Positions 26,789-35,021 of a stretch of 37,317 nt of DNA are shown piece by piece. The stretch's first letter is position 1. The number at the start of each line of letters is the position of its first letter. Below the pieces are notes generated by a model that ran no database searches, was not told the DNA's origin, and was given only the letters and a program-made list of their open reading frames with translations. Origin of the DNA: an uncultured Clostridia bacterium (GTDB lineage: Bacteria; Bacillota; Clostridia; Oscillospirales; CAG-382); NCBI GenBank assembly GCA_947627335.1, contig CANQVQ010000002.1, forward strand, positions 1 through 37,317, given 5' to 3'. The position numbers and the translations under genes were made by a program.

Positions 26789-27357
26789 GCGACGTCCGTT
26801 CGGTCCGCGTTTCGGACGCGAAGCGCTGGGTGCCGGAGCTGCACGCGGGGGACACGCTGCTGCTGAGCGGGACGGTCTACACCGCCCGGGACGCGGCGCA
26901 TAAGAAGATGGCGGAACTGCTCGCGGCGGGGGAGCCCCTGCCGTTCCCGCTGGAAGGCGCTTTCCTCTACTATGCCGGACCGACCCCGGCGCCGGAAGGC
27001 CGGGTGTGCGGCTCGTTCGGACCGACGACGTCCTGCCGCATGGACGCGTTCGCCCCGTCACTCTACCGGCTGGGTCTGCAAGGGACCGTCGGCAAGGGCG
27101 GTCGGAGCGCGGAGGTCGTGGACGCGATCCGGGAAACCGGCGGCATCTACCTCATTGCGGTCGGCGGCGCAGGCGCGTTCTACGCCAGCCGGATCGCTTC
27201 CTGCGAGGAGATCGCCTTCCCGGAACTGGGGTGCGAATCCGTCAAGCGGTTGGAATTTCGGGAATTCCCGCTGACCGTCGCGGTGGACGCGTACGGGAAC
27301 GACCTGTTCAGGACACGCTCGGCGGAAGTCCCTCCGGCGGCGTCTCCCCGGGCGTGA
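26785..27357 (+). CDS. Fe-S hydro-lyase beta subunit (class I fumarate hydratase / L(+)-tartrate dehydratase beta type)
   Basis: 190 aa from GTG 26785, forming a GTGA overlap with the DivIVA stop. Motifs SGTVYTARDAAHKK, GPTTSCRMD, GKGGRS. Confidence 0.8.
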   Translation: MSDVRSVRVSDAKRWVPELHAGDTLLLSGTVYTARDAAHKKMAELLAAGEPLPFPLEGAFLYYAGPTPAPEGRVCGSFGPTTSCRMDAFAPSLYRLGLQGTVGKGGRSAEVVDAIRETGGIYLIAVGGAGAFYASRIASCEEIAFPELGCESVKRLEFREFPLTVAVDAYGNDLFRTRSAEVPPAASPRA

Positions 27358-28525
27358 GCGGGGAATCCACGGTCAATTCCTTCAGAAACGTGACCTCCGC
27401 GTCGAGGATGCAGGCGTTTCGGATCTCGTCGAAGCTGACGCTGCTCGTGCTTTCGAGCACCTCGTCCGTCTGCCGTTTCAGCCATGCGCGGAACGCCTCC
27501 TCCGCCTCCCGCTGCGCCTGCTCCGGCGTGACGGTCACGGTTTCCGGGGTATATTCGACGTAGGTCACGCTGGTGCTTCGGATCGGCGTCTCCGCGATCC
27601 CGAAAAGCAGGAACGGCTTTTCTTCGACCGTCGTGTCGAAGCTGTCGAACCGGCATTCCTCCGTCCGAAACAGATCCAGACGCTTGCCCAGCAGGGCGAG
27701 GGTCGTCTTTTTTTCGGTCCGCCCGGTGTAGTGCTTGACCGTGCGTTCCAGCGGAATGACGAACGAACAGCGTTCGTAGGTCTGCGCCTTGACGCTGCCG
27801 CGTGCGTGGTGCAGTCGGTAGACCCCCCGCCCGTCGATCGTGTAGCCGCTGACCAGCTTCTGTCCCGCCGTGACCACGTCCCCCGGGCGCACCAGCGCCG
27901 TCCCCGCCGCCACGTCCACCGAAAGGACGATGCCGTCCTCGGACGCGACGAGGTCGCATACCCCGTCGTTCGGGTCGATCTCCGGCGCGTGGGTGCGCTC
28001 GAGCAGTTCGACCTCGATGTGCGTGCCTTTGACGTTGATGGCGACGGAGGAAACCTCCCGAAAGTTCAGCAGGAACTCGTTCTGCACCCGCAGGATCGGA
28101 ATATCCGGGATATAGCTCCCCACGCGGACCCCGCAGTCCGCGAGCGCCTCGACGACTTCCTCGTCCGTCAGCAGGACGTTCCCGTTGACCGACACCTTCC
28201 AAACGAACAGCTCCGCCCAGAACAGCAGCGCCAGCCCCAAAAACATCCCGACCAGCAGTCCCGGCCGCTTCCGATACCGGGCAAACAGGAACGGCAGCCC
28301 CCGCCTGCGAAGCAATTCCGCTTCCAGCCCCGCCTCCTTCGCCCCGGCGAACAGCCCCTCGGCGCAGGACAGGGAGGTCCGCAGCAGGACGGCGCCGTCC
28401 TCCTCCCGCCGGACGCGCCAGAACAGCACCCCGTCGGCGCTCAGCCGGTACAGGAACGGCAGGACGCCCTCTCCCCGCAGGCGGATATGGTACTCCCCGA
28501 ACAGGGGGTGCAGAAAGCGGTACAT
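27308..28525 (-). CDS. yqfD: sporulation protein YqfD
   Basis: 405 aa. Central TM helix, family-like N-terminus, directly downstream of yqfC as in other spore formers. Confidence 0.85.
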   Translation of the reverse strand: MYRFLHPLFGEYHIRLRGEGVLPFLYRLSADGVLFWRVRREEDGAVLLRTSLSCAEGLFAGAKEAGLEAELLRRRGLPFLFARYRKRPGLLVGMFLGLALLFWAELFVWKVSVNGNVLLTDEEVVEALADCGVRVGSYIPDIPILRVQNEFLLNFREVSSVAINVKGTHIEVELLERTHAPEIDPNDGVCDLVASEDGIVLSVDVAAGTALVRPGDVVTAGQKLVSGYTIDGRGVYRLHHARGSVKAQTYERCSFVIPLERTVKHYTGRTEKKTTLALLGKRLDLFRTEECRFDSFDTTVEEKPFLLFGIAETPIRSTSVTYVEYTPETVTVTPEQAQREAEEAFRAWLKRQTDEVLESTSSVSFDEIRNACILDAEVTFLKELTVDSPLTPGETPPEGLPPSVS

Positions 28526-28528
28526 CTC

Positions 28529-28783
28529 CTAACGCTCCTTTTCGGTTTCGTAGCGGACGGAGCGGATCTCCCCCTCGAGCACGATGCGGTTCTCCGAAAG
28601 GAAGGTCATCTCCAGGGCGTCGCCCTCAAAGACGATCCGCCGGTCCCCCGCGCCGACGGCGACCCGTTCCTCGCCGTATTCCAGCAGGCTGTCGATCCCC
28701 TCGGCGAGCAATCGGTTCCCATTGCGCCATTCGATGTAAACCCCTTCCGAACGGGGCAGTTTCTTCAGCAAAACCCGCCTCAC
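28529..28783 (-). CDS. yqfC: sporulation protein YqfC (YabP/YqfC family)
   Basis: 84 aa. ...LEMTFLSENRIVLEGEIRSVRYE pattern. Conserved yqfC-yqfD pairing. Confidence 0.75.
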   Translation of the reverse strand: MRRVLLKKLPRSEGVYIEWRNGNRLLAEGIDSLLEYGEERVAVGAGDRRIVFEGDALEMTFLSENRIVLEGEIRSVRYETEKER

Positions 28784-28855
28784 GCGCCTTTCCGCGAACC
28801 GGGAAAAGGCATACCCCCGGTCGCATCAACAGTATATTGGTGCCGGAGGGATTTT

Positions 28856-29761
28856 ATGAACCTGTCTGTCGGTCTGCGCCGGACGTCCCGGCTCCTTTTC
28901 CCGCTTTTTCCGCTTGCGCTGTTCGTCCTTTTGCTCGCGCACCCGTCGCTGTCCGCGTCCCTGACGCTCGGGCGGCTGACGTTTTTCGTCAAGGCGGTGT
29001 TCCCGTCTCTGTTCGGCTCGCTGTGCCTGTCCGGGCTGCTGGTGTCCTCCCCGCCTGCGCGGGCGCTCTACCGCTTTCCGTTCGGCGTGGAGCTGACCGG
29101 GCTTGCGCTCGGCGTGCTGTGCGGGTTCCCGGTCGGCGCACGGACGGCGGTGCAGTTGTACGAGGAAGGGCGTATCTCCAAAGCCCGTGCGGAATTCCTG
29201 TGCGGGTTTTCCAATCTCGCCTCCCTGCCGTTCCTCGTCGGCGTGGTCGGCAGTACGCTGTTCGGGGACGTCGGGTTCGGCGTCCGGCTCGCCGTTCTGC
29301 AGCTGCTCGCCGCCCTGCTCGCGGCGGGCGTGCTGTTCGCCGTCCTCCGCCCGTCCTGCGGCGGGGTGCGCGTCCCGTCGGCGCGGACGGACGTCGGCGT
29401 CGGCGCGGTCGCACGGGCGGTCGCGGGGAGCGCGCACACCATGCTCGAACTCGGCGGAATGCTGGTGTTCTTCGGCGCGTCGGCGGACCTGCTGCTGCAA
29501 ATTTCCGGGCTTTCGCCGGACGGCGTCGGGGCGGCGGTCCTGCAGGGGCTGCTGGAATTTTCCTCCGGGGTCGGTCGGGCGGCGGAGATCGGCGGGAGAA
29601 CCGGCAGACTGCTCGCGGCGGGGACCGTCGGCTGCGCGGGGCTTTGCGTGTGCGCGCAGGTCGCCTCGGTGACGCGTGGGAAGCTGTCCCTGCGCCCCTA
29701 CCTGCTCGGAAAACTGCTGACCGGCGCATTTTTGCTGCTGTTTGCGGCACTTTTCGCTTGA
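28856..29761 (+). CDS. YlbJ-like sporulation integral membrane protein (nucleoside-recognition/gate-domain type)
   Basis: Start at ATG 28856 (RBS GGAGGG 5 nt upstream). Polytopic. GFPVGARTAVQLYEEGRISKARAEFLCGFSNLASLPFLVG resembles the YlbJ signature region. Confidence 0.6.
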   Translation: MNLSVGLRRTSRLLFPLFPLALFVLLLAHPSLSASLTLGRLTFFVKAVFPSLFGSLCLSGLLVSSPPARALYRFPFGVELTGLALGVLCGFPVGARTAVQLYEEGRISKARAEFLCGFSNLASLPFLVGVVGSTLFGDVGFGVRLAVLQLLAALLAAGVLFAVLRPSCGGVRVPSARTDVGVGAVARAVAGSAHTMLELGGMLVFFGASADLLLQISGLSPDGVGAAVLQGLLEFSSGVGRAAEIGGRTGRLLAAGTVGCAGLCVCAQVASVTRGKLSLRPYLLGKLLTGAFLLLFAALFA

Positions 29762-29815
29762 CAAACCCGACGAAAAGGGATATAATGGAAAAAACGGAAA
29801 GGGAGGCGGTCGAAC

Positions 29816-30652
29816 GTGCTGCTCGCTTTCGGCGCGGCGGGCGCATTGCTGTCCGCGCTCTGCTGCGTGCTTTGGGACATCTCCAAGGTGTGGCTCCTGC
29901 CGGCGTTCATCGGGCTGTCCGTCGCGTATCTCGCGGGGATCATCCTGCTGTACGTCCTGTTCCTGCTGATCGTTTCCCTGTTCCTGCGTCCGAAGACCCC
30001 GTTGGAGCGGGAACACCCGGTCGCACGGTGGATCCTGGTGGAAACGCTGCGTGCGGTCTGCGCGGCGTCCCGGGTGACCGTGCGGGTGGAGGGCGCCGAA
30101 AAGCTGCCGGACGAACCGCTTCTGCTGGTTTCCAACCACCGTTCCATGTTCGACCCGATCGTCGCCGTCGCCGCTTTCCCGCGCCGACCGCTGTCCTTCG
30201 TCGCCAAGCCGGAGCTCCTGCGCGCCCCGCTTATCGGGAAATTTGCGCGCTACTGCGGCTTTCTCGCGATCGACCGCACGGATGCGCGGAACGCCGTCCG
30301 CACGGTCCACGCCGCCGCCGACCAGCTTTCTCGCGGCGTCTGCTCGATGGGCGTGTACCCGGAAGGCACCCGCAACCGGCTCCGAAAGGGTTCGCCGAAG
30401 GACCAGCCGCTCCCGACGCTGCTGCCGTTTCACGACGGCGTGCTGATGATCGCGCAGAAGGCGAAAGTCCCCGTCGCCGTCGTCGCGACGCACGGGACCG
30501 CCGAAGTCACGCGCAACTTCCCGTTTCGGCGCACGAAGGTGACGCTGACGGTCTGCGGCGTGCTGCCGGTCGAGGAGGTGCTCTCCCTGCGGACCGCGGC
30601 GCTGAGCGAACGCGTTTCATCGCTCCTGGAGGACGCCCTGAAAACCCCATAA
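29816..30652 (+). CDS. plsC: 1-acyl-sn-glycerol-3-phosphate acyltransferase
   Basis: 278 aa, GTG start after RBS GGGAGG. Acyltransferase motifs NHRSMFD and YPEGTRN. N-terminal TM helices. Confidence 0.85.
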   Translation: MLLAFGAAGALLSALCCVLWDISKVWLLPAFIGLSVAYLAGIILLYVLFLLIVSLFLRPKTPLEREHPVARWILVETLRAVCAASRVTVRVEGAEKLPDEPLLLVSNHRSMFDPIVAVAAFPRRPLSFVAKPELLRAPLIGKFARYCGFLAIDRTDARNAVRTVHAAADQLSRGVCSMGVYPEGTRNRLRKGSPKDQPLPTLLPFHDGVLMIAQKAKVPVAVVATHGTAEVTRNFPFRRTKVTLTVCGVLPVEEVLSLRTAALSERVSSLLEDALKTP

Positions 30653-30704
30653 AACGAATTGCTTTCGCGATACACCCGCAAAAGAAAGGAATGGTCATAC
30701 CAAA

Positions 30705-31955
30705 ATGAACGCAAAGTACATCTTTCGCGCCGTCCTGCTTTGCCTGCTCGCGGCGATCCTGCTCTGCGCCTGCGCCGGGGATCCCCAGCCTGCGGAGAGC
30801 GGCGAGGAAACCGGCGGTGAAGAAACCGACGGCGAAGCGGTGAGCGGCACGGAGACAAGCGACGAGACCAGCAGCGACGCAACCAGCAGCGAACCGCCGA
30901 GGGAGGCAGCTTACATGGAGTACGAGATCCCGGAGAACTACAACGACGCCTATACCGACACGTTCGCCGAAAACCTCGGCGCGACCGACGGGATCGATTA
31001 CAAGAAGATGCGGGTCGTCTGCAACGAGACGAGCGGCGTCTATTCGATCTATTACGATTACCCCGAGGGCGGTTCCTATATGACGCAGTTGGTCAGAAAG
31101 CGCTGGGGGATGTATATGCTCGGCGCCATCCAGCACACGGACGCGGCGGGCGTCATGGCGCAGATCATCGGCGCGTCTACCGACTTTGAATGGGTCCTGC
31201 GGTGCGGACCGGATACCGGTTCGAGCGGCACCTTCCGCGGCGGAAACCACGGCGACTACACCGCGACCGACTGGACCGCCGAGGATACCACGAAAACCAA
31301 CGACCACTTCATCGACATGACCTTCTACGACGGCAAGACCGGCGAAAAGCTGGAACCGAAGGACGGCGAAACGCTGACCGCCGACGGGCTTCGCGTGGTC
31401 ATCCACAACAACATCTACGCCGGCGAATATACGCAGGACAACGTGATGATCAACGTCGAAAAGCTCTACCTGTTCAACGGAGAGGACGTGTTCGTCCAAT
31501 CCAAGCTGTATATGACGCGGAACGTCTACTTCCAGATGTCCTATACCTGCATGATGCCGATCATGAAGCAGTACGGCAACTGGACGAAATTCTACAACAC
31601 CGACGGCACGGAAAAACTGGTCCAGACCCCGCTGACCGGCACGAGCAACTACGGCAACAACTTCAACGACGGCAACAACGCCTGCAAGGTCGAAATGTGG
31701 GGCGAGCAGGCCCCCGCCTACCACATGACCATGCAGATCTATAACCCCGACGACCAGTTCTACCGCTCGACCGATTACGTCAAGCTCTGGGACATGAACC
31801 CCAGTTCCAACAAGCTCTACTTCTCTTCCTTTGCGCTCGGCACGCCGTCCCTCGTCAAGAAGGGCACCGAGTGGACCTTCGTCAGCAGTTGGAGCTTCTC
31901 CTATCAGCCGGACTTCGTTTCCCCGACCGAGCCGGACGAGCAACTGGGCTTCTGA
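30705..31955 (+). CDS. hypothetical lipoprotein
   Basis: 416 aa. Signal peptide with lipobox LLCACAG, then a Glu/Ser/Thr-rich linker, then a globular Y/N/T-rich domain with no motif I recognise. Confidence 0.7.
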   Translation: MNAKYIFRAVLLCLLAAILLCACAGDPQPAESGEETGGEETDGEAVSGTETSDETSSDATSSEPPREAAYMEYEIPENYNDAYTDTFAENLGATDGIDYKKMRVVCNETSGVYSIYYDYPEGGSYMTQLVRKRWGMYMLGAIQHTDAAGVMAQIIGASTDFEWVLRCGPDTGSSGTFRGGNHGDYTATDWTAEDTTKTNDHFIDMTFYDGKTGEKLEPKDGETLTADGLRVVIHNNIYAGEYTQDNVMINVEKLYLFNGEDVFVQSKLYMTRNVYFQMSYTCMMPIMKQYGNWTKFYNTDGTEKLVQTPLTGTSNYGNNFNDGNNACKVEMWGEQAPAYHMTMQIYNPDDQFYRSTDYVKLWDMNPSSNKLYFSSFALGTPSLVKKGTEWTFVSSWSFSYQPDFVSPTEPDEQLGF

Positions 31956-32006
31956 AACGACGCATACGCCAAACAAAAAGGGCTTGTCGTAGACAAATAA
32001 GAATAC

Positions 32007-32141
32007 TGTTCCGCAGGCGGACACGTGCCGCCGAAGGGGCACCTCAAGAGAAAAACGGCGATGGCGGCGTCAGAAGTGGCGCAAGCCGAGCCGTTTTTCG
32101 ACGAAAGGGGGGTTTTTGGGGGGGGGAAAACACGGAACAAG
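32007..32141 (+). repeat. copy A of a roughly 131-135-nt structured intergenic element
   Basis: Aligns with 35319-35449 in the same orientation. Includes an identical 25-mer GGCGGCGTCAGAAGTGGCGCAAGCC (32063-32087) and a 10-bp stem GAAAAACGGC (32050-32059) / GCCGTTTTTC (32090-32099). Confidence 0.85.
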
Positions 32142-32147
32142 GCGAAG

Positions 32148-32186
32148 CATGACGAAGTCTCATGACGAAGTCCCATGACGAAGTCA
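32148..32186. repeat. 13-bp tandem repeat x3 (CATGACGAAGTCN)
   Basis: catgacgaagtct catgacgaagtcc catgacgaagtca, followed by the related ttacgag. Confidence 0.85.
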
Positions 32187-32254
32187 TTACGAGCCGCCGT
32201 GATCGTGTTTGCCCCCTCAAAACCGAGCCAGCCCGACGTTTTTACGTTTGGGGC

Positions 32255-32283
32255 TTGACAAGCCGTCCCGCAAGGGGTATACT
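32255..32283 (+). promoter_or_regulatory. sigma-A type promoter for the DUF3737-patB pair
   Basis: TTGACA (32255-32260), 17 nt, TATACT (32278-32283). Confidence 0.65.
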
Positions 32284-32318
32284 TTTTTACGGTCATTACG
32301 AAACGGAGTGAATACGCG

Positions 32319-33182
32319 ATGGAAGAGATCAGACAACAGGTGTACGTCGGCGAGCGTCCGCTGTTTCACGGAACCGACCTCGAACTGCACGACACCATCT
32401 TCACCGACGGCGAGTCGCCGCTGAAGGAAAGCCGGGACGTCCGGCTGTACAACTGTATGTTTCAATGGAAATATCCGCTCTGGTACGCGAAAAACATCTA
32501 CGCGAAGGACTGTACCTGGCTGGAAATGGCCCGTTCCGGCGTGTGGTACACGGACAACATCACGCTCGAGGACTGCGTGCTGGACGCCCCGAAGAACTTC
32601 CGACGGTGCCGCGGCGTGACCCTGAAAAACGTCTCGTTTTCGCAGGCGGCGGAGACGCTCTGGACCTGCGAGGACGTTTCGCTCGAACGCGTCACGGCGA
32701 AGGGCGACTACTTCGGCATGAACAGCCATAACCTGCGGATCCAAGATTTCACGCTCTACGGCAACTACGCCTTCGACGGCGCGAGCGACATCGAAGTGCG
32801 GCACGCGAAGATGCTCTCCAAGGACGCGTTCTGGAACACGCAAAACGTCACGGTTTACGACAGCTTCCTTTCCGGCGAATACCTCGGCTGGAACTCAAAA
32901 AACCTGACCTTCGTCAACTGCACCATCGAAAGCCTGCAAGGGCTTTGCTACATTGAAAACCTCACCCTGAAAAACTGCAAACTGCTCAACACCACGCTCT
33001 CCTTTGAATACTCCACCGTCGACGCGGAGATCAAAGGACGGGTGGAAAGCGTGTTCAACCCGTCCGGCGGCGTGATCCGGGCGGACGAGATCGGGGAGCT
33101 GACGATGGACCCGCAGCGCATCGACCCGTCCAAAACCGTCGTCCTCACCGGTCCCGACGCGAAGAAAGGGGACCCGGCATGA
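32319..33182 (+). CDS. DUF3737-like right-handed beta-helix repeat protein
   Basis: 287 aa. Periodic repeats of about 22 residues with N/D-hydrophobic patterns (NVTVYDS, NLTFVNCTI, NLTLKNCKL). Recalled similarity to DUF3737 proteins of Firmicutes. Confidence 0.65.
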   Translation: MEEIRQQVYVGERPLFHGTDLELHDTIFTDGESPLKESRDVRLYNCMFQWKYPLWYAKNIYAKDCTWLEMARSGVWYTDNITLEDCVLDAPKNFRRCRGVTLKNVSFSQAAETLWTCEDVSLERVTAKGDYFGMNSHNLRIQDFTLYGNYAFDGASDIEVRHAKMLSKDAFWNTQNVTVYDSFLSGEYLGWNSKNLTFVNCTIESLQGLCYIENLTLKNCKLLNTTLSFEYSTVDAEIKGRVESVFNPSGGVIRADEIGELTMDPQRIDPSKTVVLTGPDAKKGDPA

Positions 33183-34348
33183 CCGACGAGCGCTTCGACC
33201 TGCCGATCGACCGGCGACAGACCAATTCGCTGAAATGGGACGTCGGGGCAGACGAACTGCCCATGTGGGTGGCGGACATGGACTTCCCCACGGCGCCCGC
33301 GGTGCGGGACGCGATCGAACGCCGTGCGCGGCACGGGGTGTTCGGCTACGCGACGGTCACGGACGCGTGGTACGACGCGTATCGGACGTGGTGGGCGACC
33401 CGCCACGGCTTTGCGATCGAACGGGAATGGCTGATCTTCTGCACCGGCGTGGTGCCGGCGATCTCCACGACCGTCCGCAAGCTGACGACCCCGGCGGAAA
33501 AGGTGGTCGTGATGACCCCGGTCTACAACATCTTTTTCAATTCCATCGAAAACAACGGGCGACGCGTGCTGGAATGCCCGCTGGTCTACGACGGGCACGC
33601 GTACGGGATCGACTTTTCCGCCCTCGAAGCGGCGCTTTCCGACCCGCAGGCGACCCTGCTGCTGCTCTGCAACCCGCATAACCCGGTCGGGAAACTGTGG
33701 GACCGCGAAACGCTTGCCCGCATCGGCGAACTGTGCAGGGCGCATTCCGTCACGGTGCTGTCCGACGAGATTCACTGCGACCTGACCGACCCGGGGTGCG
33801 CGTATGTGCCGTTCGCGTCGGTTTCGGACGTGTGCCGGGAGATCAGCGTCACCTGCCTTGCGCCGACGAAAGCGTTTAACCTCGCGGGACTGCAAACGGC
33901 GGCGGCGGTCGTGCCGAATCCGGCGCTGCGGCACCGCGTGGACCGCGCTTTGAACACGGACGAGGTCGCCGAACCGAACGCGTTCGCCGTCGACGCCACG
34001 GTCGCCGCCTTCACGCGGGGCGGGGACTGGCTGAACGATCTGCGGCAGTACCTCTTTGCAAACAAACGCACCGTCGCGGACTTCCTCGCAAAGGAACTTC
34101 CGCAGATCAAACTGCTCCCCTCGCAGGCGACCTATCTGCTCTGGCTGGACTGCGGCGAACTTCCGGGGGACACGACGGCGCTCGCGCACTTCCTGCGGGA
34201 GCGGACCGGGCTTTACCTCTCCGCCGGCGCACAGTACGGCGGCAACGGGTCGCGCTTCCTGCGCCTGAATATCGCCTGTCCGCGAAGCACGCTGCTCGAC
34301 GGTCTCGACCGCCTGCGCCGGGGCGTCCGAGCGTACCGCGGAGAATGA
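33179..34348 (+). CDS. patB: MalY/PatB family PLP-dependent C-S lyase (cystathionine beta-lyase type)
   Basis: 389 aa. N-terminal TNSLKWD motif. PLP-lysine region APTKAFNLAGL. ATGA overlap with the upstream gene. Confidence 0.88.
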   Translation: MTDERFDLPIDRRQTNSLKWDVGADELPMWVADMDFPTAPAVRDAIERRARHGVFGYATVTDAWYDAYRTWWATRHGFAIEREWLIFCTGVVPAISTTVRKLTTPAEKVVVMTPVYNIFFNSIENNGRRVLECPLVYDGHAYGIDFSALEAALSDPQATLLLLCNPHNPVGKLWDRETLARIGELCRAHSVTVLSDEIHCDLTDPGCAYVPFASVSDVCREISVTCLAPTKAFNLAGLQTAAAVVPNPALRHRVDRALNTDEVAEPNAFAVDATVAAFTRGGDWLNDLRQYLFANKRTVADFLAKELPQIKLLPSQATYLLWLDCGELPGDTTALAHFLRERTGLYLSAGAQYGGNGSRFLRLNIACPRSTLLDGLDRLRRGVRAYRGE

Positions 34349-34355
34349 CGAACGC

Positions 34356-34400
34356 AAAAAACGGTTCCGTGTCCCCGTAAACGGGGCGCGGAACCGTTTT
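34356..34400. terminator. bidirectional intrinsic terminator between patB (+) and the XRE gene (-)
   Basis: AAAAAACGGTTCCG ... CGGAACCGTTTT with inner hairpin CCCCG-TAAA-CGGGG. Confidence 0.8.
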
Positions 34401-34413
34401 CCCATGCGATCGC

Positions 34414-34755
34414 TTATGACGTTTCCCGGTTTTCCGCCAGCCAGCGGACAAACGAGAGGACCAACCGCCGTTCCCGGTCGGTCAGACGCGAGATCCGTTC
34501 GAGCAGTTCGGTTCGCAAATAGGCTTCGGACGCCGTCGCACTGCCGGAGAGCAGCTCCCCCGGGTCGCAGGAAAGCAGCGACGCGACCGCCGAAAGCAAC
34601 TCCAGACTGATCTTGGTGACCCCCCGCTCGACCTGGCTCACATACCCGACAGAAACCCCCAAACATTCGGCAAGCCGCTCCTGCGTAAGGTTGTTTTGCT
34701 TTCGCTTTTCCCGGATCCTTCCCCCGATCAGGCGATAATCCACCGCGTACTTCAT
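34414..34755 (-). CDS. XRE family transcriptional regulator
   Basis: 113 aa from ATG 34755 (RBS GGAGGAG). HTH_3 pattern LTQERLAECLGVSVGYVSQVERG. The upstream part of the listed 204-aa ORF runs through the AT-rich intergenic region. Confidence 0.85.
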   Translation of the reverse strand: MKYAVDYRLIGGRIREKRKQNNLTQERLAECLGVSVGYVSQVERGVTKISLELLSAVASLLSCDPGELLSGSATASEAYLRTELLERISRLTDRERRLVLSFVRWLAENRETS

Positions 34756-34864
34756 GCCTTTCTCCTCCCGTCCGTTTGCTTCAATTTTGTACCTTCTCAA
34801 TGCCAGTATACATGGTTTTATGCAAAAAATAAGACACTTATAAATTAAATTATATCTATTACTG

Positions 34865-34893
34865 TTGACAAATGCAGAAATCTGTTGTATACT
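34865..34893 (+). promoter_or_regulatory. sigma-A type promoter directed toward the 69-aa XRE gene
   Basis: TTGACA (34865-34870), 17 nt, TATACT (34888-34893). A second candidate (TTGACT ... TATACT) lies at about 34922-34952. Confidence 0.6.
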
Positions 34894-35021
34894 GTATTTC
34901 CAAAAAAATTGCGAAAGCCCCTTGACTCTCCGGTACCCTTTCGGTTTATACTGTGCGTAAGGCGCCGAAACGCAAGGGGCGCATACGGAAAAAGCGGGAC
35001 GGATAAGGGGGGGGGAACGGC

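Noticed and set aside
31871-32152. Small ORFs running through the repeated element (93 aa at 31871..32152 and 106 aa at 35248..35568 on +; 130 aa and 85 aa on -), which give related peptides such as PQEKxGxGGVRSGAS.
   Set aside because: The peptide similarity follows from the nucleotide repeat. There is no RBS or consistent start. Differences between copies include indels that are not multiples of 3 in the G-tracts, and paired stem changes that make sense for structure rather than coding.
32148-32186. Tandem repeats (13-mers here, heptamers at 6902-6936) as a possible CRISPR array.
   Set aside because: The units are contiguous with no spacers, far shorter than CRISPR repeats, and no cas genes are present.
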